Source of the DNA: Eledone cirrhosa
Lineage: Eukaryota
Assembly (NCBI GenBank): GCA_964016885.1
Contig: OZ024742.1
Coordinates: 372,186,001 to 372,250,000 of the forward strand
DNA length: 64,000 bases
Direction: 5' to 3'
Both the position numbers and the translations under genes were made by a program. Shown here piece after piece: positions 34,101-51,100 of the stretch (position 1 is its first letter; each line of letters begins with the position of its first letter). The notes under the pieces are model-generated. The model made no database searches and had not been told where the DNA came from. It was given only the letters and a program-made list of their open reading frames with translations.

Positions 34101-37100
34101 ATATATATACACTAGAAATACAGTAATGTATACACTAGGAATACAGTAATATATATATATATACTAGAAATACAGTAATATATATACACTAGAAATACAG
34201 TAATATATATACACTAGAAATACAGTAATATATATACACTAGAAATGCAGTAAAATATATATACATACACTAGGAATACAGTAATATATATACACTGGAA
34301 ATACAGATATATATATACACTAGGAATACAGTAATATATATACACTAGAAATACAGGAATATATACACTAGGAATCCAGTAACATATATACACTAGAAAT
34401 ACAGTAATATATACACTAGAAATATAGTAATATATACACTAGGAATACAGTAGTATATACACTAGAAATATAGTAATATATACACTAGAAATACAGTAAT
34501 ATGTATACACTAGAAATACAGTAATATATACACTAGAAATACAGTAATATATATATACACTAGAAATACAGTCATATATATATACTAGAAATACAGTAAT
34601 ATATATATACACTAGAAATACAGTAATATATACACACTAGAAATACAGTAATATATATACACTAGGAATACAGTAATATATATACACTAGAAATACAGTA
34701 ATATATATACACTAGAAATACAGTAATATATATACACTAATAATACAGTAATATATATACACTAGGAATACAGTAATATATATACACTAGGAATACAGTA
34801 ATATATATACACTAGGAATACAGTAATATATATATACACTAGAAATACAGTAATTTATATACACTAGAAATACAGTAATATATATACACTAGGAATACAC
34901 TAATATATATACACTAGAAATACAGCAATATATATACACTAGAAATAAAGTAATTTATATATAATAGAAATACAGTCATATATATATACACTAGAAATAC
35001 AGTAATATATATACACTAGAAATACAGTAATATATATACACTAGAGATACAATAATATATACACTAGGAATACAGTAATATATATACACTAGAAATACAG
35101 TAATATATATACACTAGAAATAAAGTAATTTATATATAATAGAAATACAGTAATATATATATACACTAGAAGTACAGTAATATATATACACTAGAAATAC
35201 AGTAATATATATACACTAGAGATACAATAATATATACACTAGGAATACAGTAATATATATAGACTAGAAATACAGTTAGATATATACACTAGAAATACAG
35301 TAACATATACACAAGAAAAACAGTAATATATATACACTAGAAATACAGTAATATATATACACTAGAAATACAGTAATGTATATATACTAGGAATACAGTA
35401 ATATATATACACTTGGAATACAGTAATATATATACACTAGGAATACAGTAATATATATACTAGGAATACAGTAATATATATACACTAGGAATACAGTAAT
35501 ATATACACTAGAGATACAGTAATATATATACTAGGAATACAGTAATATATATACACTAGGAATACAGTAATATATATACACTAGGAATACAGTAATATAT
35601 ATACACTAGGAATACAGTAATATATATACACTTGGAATACAGTAATATATATACACTAGGAATACAGTAATATATATACTAGGAATACAGTAATATATAT
35701 ACACTAGAAATACAGTAATATATATACACTAGGAATACAGTAATATATATACACTTGGAATACAGTAATATATATACACTAGGAATACAGTAATATATAT
35801 ACTAGGAATACAGTAATATATACACACTAGGAATACAGTAATATATATACACTAGAAATACAGTAATATATATACACTAGGAATACAGTAATATATATAC
35901 ACTAGGAATACAGTAATATATATACACTAGAAATACAGTAATATATATACACTAGAAATACAGTAATATACATACACTAGAAATACAGTAATATATACAC
36001 TAGAAATACAGTAATATATATACACTAGAAGTACAGTAATATATATACACTAGAAGTACAGTAATATATATACACTAGAGATACAGTAATATATATACAC
36101 TAGAAATACAGTAATATATATACACTAGAGATACAGTAATATATATACACTAGGAATACAGTAATATATATACACTAGAAATACAGTAATATATATACAC
36201 TAGAAATAAAGTAATTTATATATAATAGAAATACAGTAATATATATATACACTAGAAATACAGTAATATATATACACTAGAAATACAGTAATATATATAC
36301 ACTAGAGATACAATAATATATACACTAGGAATACAGTAATATATATACACTAGAAATACAGTAATATATATACACTAGAAATACAGTAATATATACACTA
36401 GAAAAACAGTAATATATATACACTAGAAATACAGTAATATATATACACTAGAAATACAGTAATGTATATATACTAGGAATACAGTAATATATATACACTT
36501 GGAATACAGTAATATATATACACTAGGAATACAGTAATATATATACTAGGAATACAGTAATATATATACACTAGGAATACAGTAATATATATACTAGAGA
36601 TACAGTAATATATATACTAGGAATACAGTAATATATATACACTAGGAATACAGTAATATATATACACTAGGAATACAGTAATATATATACACTATGAATA
36701 CAGTAATATATATACACTTGGAATACAGTAATATATATACACTAGGAATACAGTAATATATATACTAGGAATACAGTAATATATATACACTAGAAATACA
36801 GTAATATATATACACTAGAAATACAGTAATATACATACACTAGAAATACAGTAATATATACACTAGAAATACAGAAATATATATACACTAGAAATACAGT
36901 AATATATATACACTAGAGATACAGTAATATATATACACTAGAAATACAGTAATATATATACACTAGAGATACAGTAATATATATACACTAGAAATACAGT
37001 AATATATATACACTAGAAATACAGTAATATATAGTCTAGGAATACAGTAATATATACACTAGAAATCCAGTAATATATATACACTAGAAATACAGTAATA

Positions 37101-40100
37101 TATATACACTAGAAATACAGTAATATATATACACTAGATATACAGTAATATATACACTAGAAATACAGTAATATATATACACTAGAAATACAGTAATATA
37201 TATACACTAGATATACAGTAATATATACACTAGAAATATAGTAATATATATACACTAGAGATACAGTAATATATACACTAGAAATACAGTAATATATATA
37301 CACTAGAAATACAGTAATGTATATACACTAGAAATACAGTAATATATATACACTAGAATTACAGTACTATATATACACTAGAAATACAGTAATATATATA
37401 CACTAGAAATACAGTAATATATATACACTAGAAATACAGTAATATATATACACTAGAAATACAGTAATATATATACACTAGAGATACAGTAATATATATA
37501 CACTAGAGATACAGTAATATATACACTAGGAATACAGTAATATATATACACTAGAAATACAGTAAAATATATACACTAGAAATACAGTAATATATATACA
37601 CTAGAGATACAGTAATATATATACACTAGGAATACAGTAATATATATACACTAGAAATACAGTAATATATATACACTAGAGAAACAGTAATATATATACA
37701 CTAGAGATACAGTAATATATATACACTAGGAATACAGTAATATATATACACTAGAAATACAGTAATATATACACTAGAAATACAGTAATATATAGACTAG
37801 GAATACAGTAATATATACACTAGAAATACAGTAATATATATACACTAGAAATACAGTAATATATATACACTAGGAATACAGTAATATATATACACTAGGA
37901 ATACAGTAATATATATACACAAGAAATACAGTAATATATACACTAGAAATACGGTAATATATAGACTAGGAATACAGTAATATATACACTAGAAATACAG
38001 TAATATATATACAGTAGAAATACAGTAATATATATACACTAGAAATACAGTAATATATATACACTAGAAATACAGTAATATATATACACTAGAAAGACAG
38101 TAATATATATACACTAGAAATACAGTAATATATATACACTAGAAATACTGAAATATATATACACTAGAAATACAGTAATATATATACACTAGAGAAACAG
38201 TAATATATATACACTAGAGATACAGTAATATATACACTAGAAATACAGATATATATACACTAGAAATACAGTAATATATATACACTAGAAATACAGTAAT
38301 ATATATACACTAATAATACAGTAATATATATACACTAGGAATACAGTAATATATATACACTAGGAATACAGTAATATATATACACTAGGAATACAGTAAT
38401 ATATTTATACACTAGAAATACAGTAATTTATATACACTAGAAATACAGTAATATATATACACTAGGAATACAGTAATATATATACACTAGAAATAAAGTA
38501 ATTTATATATAATAGAAATACAGTAATATATATATACACTAGAAATACAGTAATATATATACACTAGAAATACAGTAATATATATACACTAGAGATACAA
38601 TAATATATACACTAGGAATACAGTAATATATATACACTAGAAATACAGTAATATATATACACTAAAAATAAAGCAATTTATATATAATAGAAATACAGTA
38701 ATGTATATACACTAGGAATACAGTAATATATATACACTAGGAATACAATAATATATATACACTAGAAATACAGTAATATATATACACTAGGAATACAGTA
38801 ATATATACACTAGGAATACAGAAACATATATACACTAGGAATACAGTAATATATATACACTAGATATACAGTAATATATATACACTAGAAATACAGTAAT
38901 ATATACACTAGGAATACAGTAATATATATACACTAGAAATACAGTAATATATATACACTAGAAATACAGTAATGTATACACTAGGAATACAGTAATATAT
39001 ATATATATACTAGAAATACAGTAATATATATACACTAGAAATACAGTAATATATATACACTAGAAATACAGTAATATATATACACTAGAAATGCAGTAAA
39101 ATATATATACATACACTAGGAATACAGTAATATATATACACTGGAAATACAGATATATATATACACTAGGAATACAGTAATATATATACACTAGAAATAC
39201 AGGAATATATACACTAGGAATCCAGTAACATATATACACTAGAAATACAGTAATATATACACTAGAAATATAGTAATATATACACTAGGAATACAGTAGT
39301 ATATACACTAGGAATATAGTAATATATACACTAGAAATACAGTAATATGTATACACTAGAAATACAGTAATATATACACTAGAAATACAGTAATATATAT
39401 ATACACTAGAAATACAGTCATATATATATACTAGAAATACAGTAATATATATATACACTAGAAATACAGTAATATATACACACTAGAAATACAGTAATAT
39501 ATATACACTAGGAATACAGTAATATATATACACTAGAAATACAGTAATATATATACACTAGAAATACAGTAATATATATACACTAATAATACAGTAATAT
39601 ATATACACTAGGAATACAGTAATATATATACACTAGGAATACAGTAATATATATACACTAGGAATACAGTAATATATATATACACTAGAAATACAGTAAT
39701 TTATATACACTAGAAATACAGTAATATATATACACTAGGAATACACTAATATATATACACTAGAAATACAGCAATATATATACACTAGAAATAAAGTAAT
39801 TTATATATAATAGAAATACAGTCATATATATATACACTAGAAATACAGTAATATATATACACTAGAAATACAGTAATATATATACACTAGAGATACAATA
39901 ATATATACACTAGGAATACAGTAATATATATACACTAGAAATACAGTAATATATATACACTAGAAATAAAGTAATTTATATATAATAGAAATACAGTAAT
40001 ATATATATACACTAGAAGTACAGTAATATATATACACTAGAAATACAGTAATATATATACACTAGAGATACAATAATATATACACTAGGAATACAGTAAT

Positions 40101-42000
40101 ATATATAGACTAGAAATACAGTTAGATATATACACTAGAAATACAGTAACATATACACAAGAAAAACAGTAATATATATACACTAGAAATTCAGTAATAT
40201 ATATACACTAGAAATACAGTAATGTATATATACTAGGAATACAGTAATATATATACACTTGGAATACAGTAATATATATACACTAGGAATACAGTAATAT
40301 ATATACTAGGAATACAGTAATATATATACACTAGGAATACAGTAATATATACACTAGAGATACAGTAATATATATACTAGGAATACAGTAATATATATAC
40401 AGTAGGAATACAGTAATATATATACACTAGGAATACAGTAATATATATACACTAGGAATACAGTAATATATATACACTTGGAATACAGTAATATATATAC
40501 ACTAGGAATACAGTAATATATATACTAGGAATACAGTAATATATATACACTAGAAATACAGTAATATATATACACTAGGAATACAGTAATATATATACAC
40601 TTGGAATACAGTAATATATATACACTAGGAATACAGTAATATATATACTAGGAATACAGTAATATATACACACTAGGAATACAGTAATATATATACACTA
40701 GAAATACAGTAATATATATACACTAGGAATACAGTAATATATATACACTAGGAATACAGTAATATATATACACTAGAAATACAGTAATATATATACACTA
40801 GAAATACAGTAATATACATACACTAGAAATACAGTAATATATACACTAGAAATACAGTAATATATATACACTAGAAGTACAGTAATATATATACACTAGC
40901 AGTACAGTAATATATATACACTAGAGATACAGTAATATATATACACTAGAAATACAGTAATATATATACACTAGAGATACAGTAATATATATACACTAGG
41001 AATACAGTAATATATATACACTAGAAATACAGTAATATATATACACTAGAAATAAAGTAATTTATATATAATAGAAATACAGTAATATATATATACACTA
41101 GAAATACAGTAATATATATACACTAGAAATACAGTAATATATATACACTAGAGATACAATAATATATACACTAGGAATACAGTAATATATATACACTAGA
41201 AATACAGTAATATATATACACTAGAAATACAGTAATATATACACTAGAAAAACAGTAATATATATACACTAGAAATACAGTAATATATATACACTAGAAA
41301 TACAGTAATGTATATATACTAGGAATACAGTAATATATATACACTTGGAATACAGTAATATATATACACTAGGAATACAGTAATATATATACTAGGAATA
41401 CAGTAATATATATACACTAGGAATACAGTAATATATATACACTTGGAATACAGTAATATATATACACTAGGAATACAGTAATATATATACTAGGAATACA
41501 GTAATAAATATACACTAGAAATACAGTAATATATATACACTAGGAATACAGTAATATATATACACTTGGAATACAGTAATATATATACACTAGGAATACA
41601 GTAATATATATACTAGGAATACAGTAATATATATACACTAGAAATACAGTAATATATATACACTAGGAATACAGTAATATATATACACTAGGAATACAGT
41701 AATATATATACACTAGAAATACAGTAATGTATATACACTAGAAATACAGTAATATATACACTAGAAATACAGTAATATATATACACTAGAAATACAGTAA
41801 TATATATACACTAGAGATACAGTAATATATATACACTAGAAATACAGTAATATATATACACTAGAAATACAGTAATATATAGTCTAGGAATACAGTAATA
41901 TATACACTAGAAATCCAGTAATATATATACACTAGAAATACAGTAATATATATACACTAGAGATACAGTAATATATACACTAGAAATACAGTAATGTATA
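33850..42000 (+). repeat. Higher-order duplication, offset 4846-4848 bp
   Basis: GAAACAT 33975/38821 and GTTAGAT 35275/40121 (both 4846); AGTCTAGG 37033/41881 (4848). Confidence 0.88.
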
Positions 42001-42299
42001 TACACTAGAAATACAGTAATATATATACACTAGAAATACAGTAATATATATTCACTAGAAATACAGTAATATATATACACTAGGAATACAGTAATATATA
42101 TACACTAGGAATACAGTAATATATATACACTAGAAATACAGTAATATATATACACTAGGAATACAGTAATATATATACACTAGGAATACAGTAATATATA
42201 TACACTAGAAATACAGTAATGTATATACACTAGAAATACAGTAATATATACACTAGAAATACAGTAATATATATACACTAGGAATACAGTAATATATAT

Positions 42300-45200
42300 A
42301 CACTAGAAATACAGTAATGTATATACACTAGAAATACAGTAATATATACACTAGAAATACAGTAATATATATACACTAGAAATACAGTAATATATATACA
42401 CTAGAGATACGGTAATATATATACACTAGAAATACAGTAATATATATACACTAGAAATACAGTAATATATAGTCTAGGAATACAGTAATATATACACTAG
42501 AAATCCAGTAATATATATACACTAGAAATACAGTAATATATATACACTAGAGATACAGTAATATATACACTAGAAATACAGTAATATATATACACTAGAA
42601 ATACAGTAATGTATATACACTAGAAATACAGTAATATATATACACTAGAAATACAGTAATATATATACACTAGAAATACAGTAATATATATACACTAGAA
42701 ATACAGTAATATATATACACTAGAGATACAGTAATATATATACACTAGAGATACAGTAATATACATACACTAGAGATACAGTAATATATATACACTAGGA
42801 ATACAGAATATATATACACTAGAAATACAGTAATATATATACACTAGAGATACAGTAATATATATACACTAGAGATACAGTAATATATACACTAGGAATA
42901 CAGTAATATATATACACTAGAAATACAGTAATATATATACACTAGAAATACAGTAATATATATACACTAGAAACACAGTAATATATATACACTAGAAATA
43001 CAGTAATATATATACACTAGAGATACAGTAATATATACACTAGGAATACAGTAATATATATACACTAGAGATACAGTAATATATATACACTAGAAATACA
43101 GTAATATATACACTAGGAATACAGTAATATATACACTAGAAATACAGTAATATATAGACTAAGAATACAGTAATATATATACACTAGGAATACAGATATA
43201 TATATACACTAGGAATACAGTAATATATATACACTAGGAATACAGTAATATATATACACTAGAAATACAGTAATATATATACACTAGAAATACAGTAATA
43301 TATATACACTAGAAATACAGTAATATATATACACTAGAAATACAGTAATATATATACACTAGAGATACAGTAATATATACACTAGGAATACAGTAATATA
43401 TATACACTAGAAATGCAGTAATATATAGACTAAGAATACAGTAATATATATACACTAGAAATACAATAATATATATACACTAGAAATACAGTAATATATA
43501 TACACTAGAAATACAGTAATATATATACACTAGAAATTCAGTAATATATACACACGAGAAATACAGTAATATATATACACTAGGAATACAGTAATATATA
43601 TACACAAGAAATACAGTAATATATACACTAGAAATACTGTAATATATAGACTAGGAATACAGTAATATATACACTAGAAATACAGTAATATATATACAGT
43701 AGAAATACAGTAATATATATATACACTAGAAATACAGTAATATATATACACTAGAAATACGGTAATATATATACACTAGAAATACAGATATATATATACA
43801 CTTGGAATACAGTCACATATATACACTAGGAACACAGTAATATATATACACTAGGAATACAGTAAGAGATATACACTAGAAATACAGTAATGTATATATA
43901 CTAGGAATACAGTAATATATATACACTAGGAATACAGTAATATATATACACTAGAAATACAGTAATATATATACTAGGAATACAGTAATATATATACACT
44001 AGAAATAAAATAATATATATACACTAGAAATACAGTAATATATATACACTAAAAATACAGTATTATATAGACTAAGAATACAGTAATATATATATACTAG
44101 GAATACAGTAATATATATACACTAGAAATACAGTAATATATATACATTAGAAATACAGATATATATACACTAGAAATACAGTAATATATATACACTAGAA
44201 ATACAGTAATATATATACACTAGGAATACAGTAATATATACACTAGAAATACAGTAATATATATACACTAGAAATACTGTAATATATACACTAGGAATAC
44301 AGTAATATATATACACTAGAAATACAGTAATATATATACACTAGAAATACAGTAATATATATACACTAGGAATACAGTAATATATATACACTAGGAATAC
44401 AGTAATATATATACACAAGAAATAGAGTAATATATACACTAGAAATACGGTAATATATAGACTAGGAATACAGTAATATATACACTAGAAATACAGTAAT
44501 ATATATACAGTAGAAATACAGTAATATATATACACTAGAAATACAGTAATATATATACACTAGAAATACAGTAATATATATACACTAGAAAGACAGTAAT
44601 ATATATACACTAGAAATACAGTAATATATATACACTAGAAATACTGAAATATATATACACTAGAAATACAGTAATATATATACACTAGAGAAACAGTAAT
44701 ATATATACACTAGAGATACAGTAATATATACACTAGAAATACAGATATATATACACTAGAAATAGAGTAATATATATACACTAGAAATACAGTAATATAT
44801 ATACACTAATAATACAGTAATATATATACACTAGGAATACAGTAATATATATACACTAGGAATACAGTAATATATATACACTAGGAATACAGTAATATAT
44901 ATATACACTAGAAATACAGTAATTTATATACACTAGAAATACAGTAATATATATACACTAGGAATACAGTAATATATATACACTAGAAATAAAGTAATTT
45001 ATATATAATAGAAATACAGTAATATATATATACACTAGAAATACAGTAATATATATACACTAGAAATACAGTAATATATATACACTAGAGATACAATAAT
45101 ATATACACTAGGAATACAGTAATATATATACACTAGAAATACAGTAATATATATACACTAGAAATACAGTAATATATACACTAGAAAAACAGTAATATAT

Positions 45201-47700
45201 ATACACTAGAAATACAGTAATATATATACACTAGAAATACAGTAATGTATATATACTAGGAATACAGTAATATATATACACTTGGAATACAGTAATATAT
45301 ATACACTAGGAATACAGTAATATATATACTAGGAATACAGTAATATATATACACTAGGAATACAGTAATATATACACTAGAGATACAGTAATATATATAC
45401 TAGGAATACAGTAATATATATACACTAGGAATACAGTAATATATATACACTAGGAATACAGTAATATATATACACTAGGAATACAGTAATATATATACAC
45501 TTGGAATACAGTAATATATATACACTAGGAATACAGTAATATATATACTAGGAATACAGTAATATATATACACTAGGAATACAGTAATATATATACACTA
45601 GAAATACAGTAATATATATACACTAGGAATACAGTAATATATATACACTAGGAATACAGTAATATATATACACTAGAAATACAGTAATATATATACACTA
45701 GAAATACAGTAATATATACACTAGAAATACAGTAATATATATACACTAGAAATACAGTAATATATATACACTAGAGATACAGTAATATATATACACTAGA
45801 AATACAGTAATATATATACACTAGAAATACAGTAATATATAGTCTAGGAATACAGTAATATATACACTAGAAATCCAGTAATATATATACACTAGAAATA
45901 CAGTAATATATATACACTAGAGATACAGTAATATATACACTAGAAATACAGTAATATATATACACTAGAAATACAGTAATGTATCTACACTAGAAATACA
46001 GTAATATATATACACTAGAAATACAGTAATATATATACACTAGAAATACAGTAATATATATACACTAGAAATACAGTAATATATATACACTAGAAATACA
46101 GTAATATATATACACTAGAAATACAGTAATATATATACACTAGAGATACAGTAATATATATACACTAGAGATACAGTAATATACATACACTAGAGATACA
46201 GTAATATATATACACTAGGAATACAGAATATATATACACTAGAAATACAGTAATATATATACACTAGAGATACAGTAATATATATACACTAGAGATACAG
46301 TAATATATACACTAGGAATACAGTAATATATATACACTAGAAATACAGTAATATATATACACTAGAAATACAGTAATATATATACACTAGAAACACAGTA
46401 ATATATATACACTAGAAATACAGTAATATATATACACTAGAGATACAGTAATATATACAATAGGAATACAGTAATATATATACACTAGAGATACAGTAAT
46501 ATATATACACTAGAAATACAGTAATATATACACTAGGAATACAGTAATATATACACTAGAAATACAGTAATATATAGACTAAGAATACAGTAATATATAT
46601 ACACTAGGAATACAGATATATATATACACTAGGAATACAGTAATATATATACACTAGGAATACAGTAATATATATACACTAGAAATACAGTAATATATAT
46701 ACACTAGAAATACAGTAATATATATACACTAGAAATACAGTAATATATATACACTAGAAATACAGTAATATATATACACTAGAGATACAGTAATATATAC
46801 ACTAGGAATACAGTAATATATATACACTAGAAATACAGTAATATATAGACTAAGAATACAGTAATATATATACACTAGAAATACAATAATATATATACAC
46901 TAGAAATACAGTAATATATATACACTAGAAATACAGTAATATATATACACTAGAAATACAGTAATATATATACACGAGAAATACAGTAATATATATACAC
47001 TAGGAATACAGTAATATATATACACAAGAAATACAGTAATATATACACTAGAAATACTGTAATATATAGACTAGGAATACAGTAATATATACACTAGAAA
47101 TACAGTAATATATATACAGTAGAAATACAGTAATATATAAACACTAGAAATACAGTAATATATATACACTAGAAATACGGTAATATATATACACTAGAAA
47201 TACAGATATATATATACACTTGGAATACAGTCACATATATACACTAGGAACACAGTAATATATATACACTAGGATTACAGTAAGAGATATACACTAGAAA
47301 TACAGTAATGTATATATACTAGGAATACAGTAATATATATACACTAGGAATACAGTAATATATATACACTAGAAATACAGTAATATATATACTAGGAATA
47401 CAGTAATATATATACACTAGAAATAAAATAATATATATACACTAGAAATACAGTAATATATATACACTAAAAATACAGTATTATATAGACTAAGAATACA
47501 GTAATATATATATACTAGGAATACAGTAATATATATACACTAGAAATACAGTAATATATATACATTAGAAATACAGATATATATACACTAGAAATACAGT
47601 AATATATATACACTAGAAATACAGTAATATATATACACTAGGAATACAGTAATATATACACTAGAAATACAGTAATATATATACACTAGAAATACAGTAA
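42300..47700 (+). repeat. Higher-order duplication, offset about 3420 bp
   Basis: The 24-bp monomer containing ATACAGAATA at 42801/46221 (3420) and TCACAT at 43813/47231 (3418). Confidence 0.85.
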
Positions 47701-50700
47701 TATATACACTAGGAATACAGTAATATATATACACTAGAAATACAGTAATGTATATACACTAGGAATACAGTAATATATATAAACTAGAAATGCAGTAATA
47801 TATACACTTGGAATACAGTAATATATATACACTAGAAATACAGTAATACATATACACTAGAAATACAGTAATATATATACATGAGAAATACAGTAATATA
47901 TACACTAAAAATACAGTAATATATATATACTAGAAATACAGCAATATATATACACTAGAAATACAGTAATATATATACACTAGAAATACAGTAATATATA
48001 TACACTGGAAATACAGTAATATATATACACTAGAAATACAGTAATATATATACACTAGAAATACAGTAATATATATACACTAGGAATACAGTAATATATA
48101 TACACTAGAAATACAGTAATATATATACACTAGAGATACAGTAATATATACAGTAGGAATACAGTAATATATATATACTAGAAATACAGTAATATATATA
48201 CAGTAGAAATACAGTAATATATATACACTAGAAATACAGTAATATATATACACTAGGAATACAGTAATATATATACACTAGGAATACAGTAATATATATA
48301 CACAAGAAATACAGTAATATATACACTAGAAATACAGTAATATATAGACTAGGAATACATTAATATATACACTAGAAATACAGTAATATATATACAGTAG
48401 AAATACAGTAATATATATACACTAGAAATACAGTAATATATATACACTAGAAATACAGTAATATATATACACTAGAAATACAGTAATATATATACACTAG
48501 AAATACAGTAATATATATACACTAGATATACAGTAATATATATACACTAGGAATACAGTAATATATATACACTAGAAATACAGTAATATATATACACTAG
48601 GAATACAGTAATATATATACACTAGAAATACAGTAATATATATACACTAGAAATACAGTAATATATATACACTAGAAATACAGTAATATATATACACTAG
48701 AAATACAGTAATATATATACACTAGAGATACAGTAATATATATACACTAGAGATACAGTAATATATACACTAGAAATACAGATATATATACACTAGAAAT
48801 ACAGTAATATATATATACACTAGAAATACAGATATATACACTAGGAATACAGTAATATATATACACTAGAAATACAGTAATATATATACACTAGAAATAC
48901 AGTAATATATATACACTAGAAATACAGATATATATATACACTAGGAATACAGTAATATATATACACTAGGAATACAGTAATATATATACACTAGGAATAC
49001 AGCAATATATATACACTAGAAATACAGTAATGTATATACACTAGAAATACAGTAATATATATATACTAGGAATACAGTAATATATATACACTAGGAATAC
49101 AGTAATATATATACTAGGAATACAGTAATATATATACACTAGGAATACAGTAAAATATATACACTAGGAATACAGTAATATATATACACTAGAAATACAG
49201 TAATATATATACACTAGAAATACAGTAATATATACACTAGAAATACAGTAATATAATATATACACTAGAAATACAGTAACATATAGACTAAGAATACAGT
49301 AATATATATATACTAGGAATACAGTAATATATATACACTAGAAATACAGTAATATATATACATTAGAAATACAGATATATATACACTAGAAATACAGTAA
49401 TATATATACACTAGAAATACAGTAATATATATACACTAGGAATACAGTAATATATACACTAGAAATACAGTAATATATATACACTAGAAATACAGTAATA
49501 TATACACTAGGAATACAGTAATATATATACACTAGAAATACAGTAATGTATATACACTAGGAATACAGTAATATATATAAACTAGAAATGCAGTAATATA
49601 TACACTTGGAATACAGTAATATATATACACTAGAAATACAGTAATACATATACACTAGAAATACAGTAATATATATACATGAGAAATACAGTAATATATA
49701 CACTAAAAATACAGTAATATATATATACTAGAAATACAGCAATATATATACACTAGAAATACAGTAATATATATACACTAGAAATACAGTAATATATATA
49801 CACTGGAAATACAGTAATATATATACACTAGAAATACAGTAATATATATACACTAGAAATACAGTAATATATATACACTAGGAATACAGTAATATATATA
49901 CACTAGAAATACAGTAATATATATACACTAGAGATACAGTAATATATACAGTAGGAATACAGTAATATATATATACTAGAAATACAGTAATATATATACA
50001 GTAGAAATACAGTAATATATATACACTAGAAATACAGTAATATATATACACTAGGAATACAGTAATATATATACACCAGGAATACAGTAATATATATACA
50101 CAAGAAATACAGTAATATATACACTAGAAATACAGTAATATATAGACTAGGAATACATTAATATATACACTAGAAATACAGTAATATATATACAGTAGAA
50201 ATACAGTAATATATATACACTAGAAATACAGTAATATATATACACTAGAAATACAGTAATATATATACACTAGAAATACAGTAATATATATACACTAGAA
50301 ATACAGTAATATATATACACTAGAAATACAGTAATATATATACACTAGGAATACAGTAATATATATACACTAGAAATACAGTAATATATATACACTAGGA
50401 ATACAGTAATATATATACACTAGAAATACAGTAATATATATACACTAGAAATACAGTAATATATATACACTAGAAATACAGTAATATATATACACTAGAA
50501 ATACAGTAATATATATACACTAGAGATACAGTAATATATATACACTAGAGATACAGTAATATATACACTAGAAATACAGATATATATACACTAGAAATAC
50601 AGTAATATATATATACACTAGAAATACAGATATATACACTAGGAATACAGTAATATATATACACTAGAAATACAGTAATATATATACACTAGAAATACAG

Positions 50701-51100
50701 TAATATATATACACTAGAAATACAGATATATATATACACTAGGAATACAGTAATATATATACACTAGGAATACAGTAATATATATACACTAGGAATACAG
50801 CAATATATATACACTAGAAATACAGTAATGTATATACACTAGAAATACAGTAATATATATATACTAGGAATACAGTAATATATATACACTAGGAATACAG
50901 TAATATATATACTAGGAATACAGTAATATATATACACTAGGAATACAGTAAAATATATACACTAGGAATACAGTAATATATATACACTAGAAATACAGTA
51001 ATATATATACACTAGAAATACAGTAATATATACACTAGAAATACAGTAATATAATATATACACTAGAAATACAGTAATATATAGACTAAGAATACAGTAA
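47480..51100 (+). repeat. Higher-order tandem duplication, period 1798 bp
   Basis: CATGAG 47880/49678; TAATATAATA about 49249/51047; TACATTAA about 48356/50154. Confidence 0.9.
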
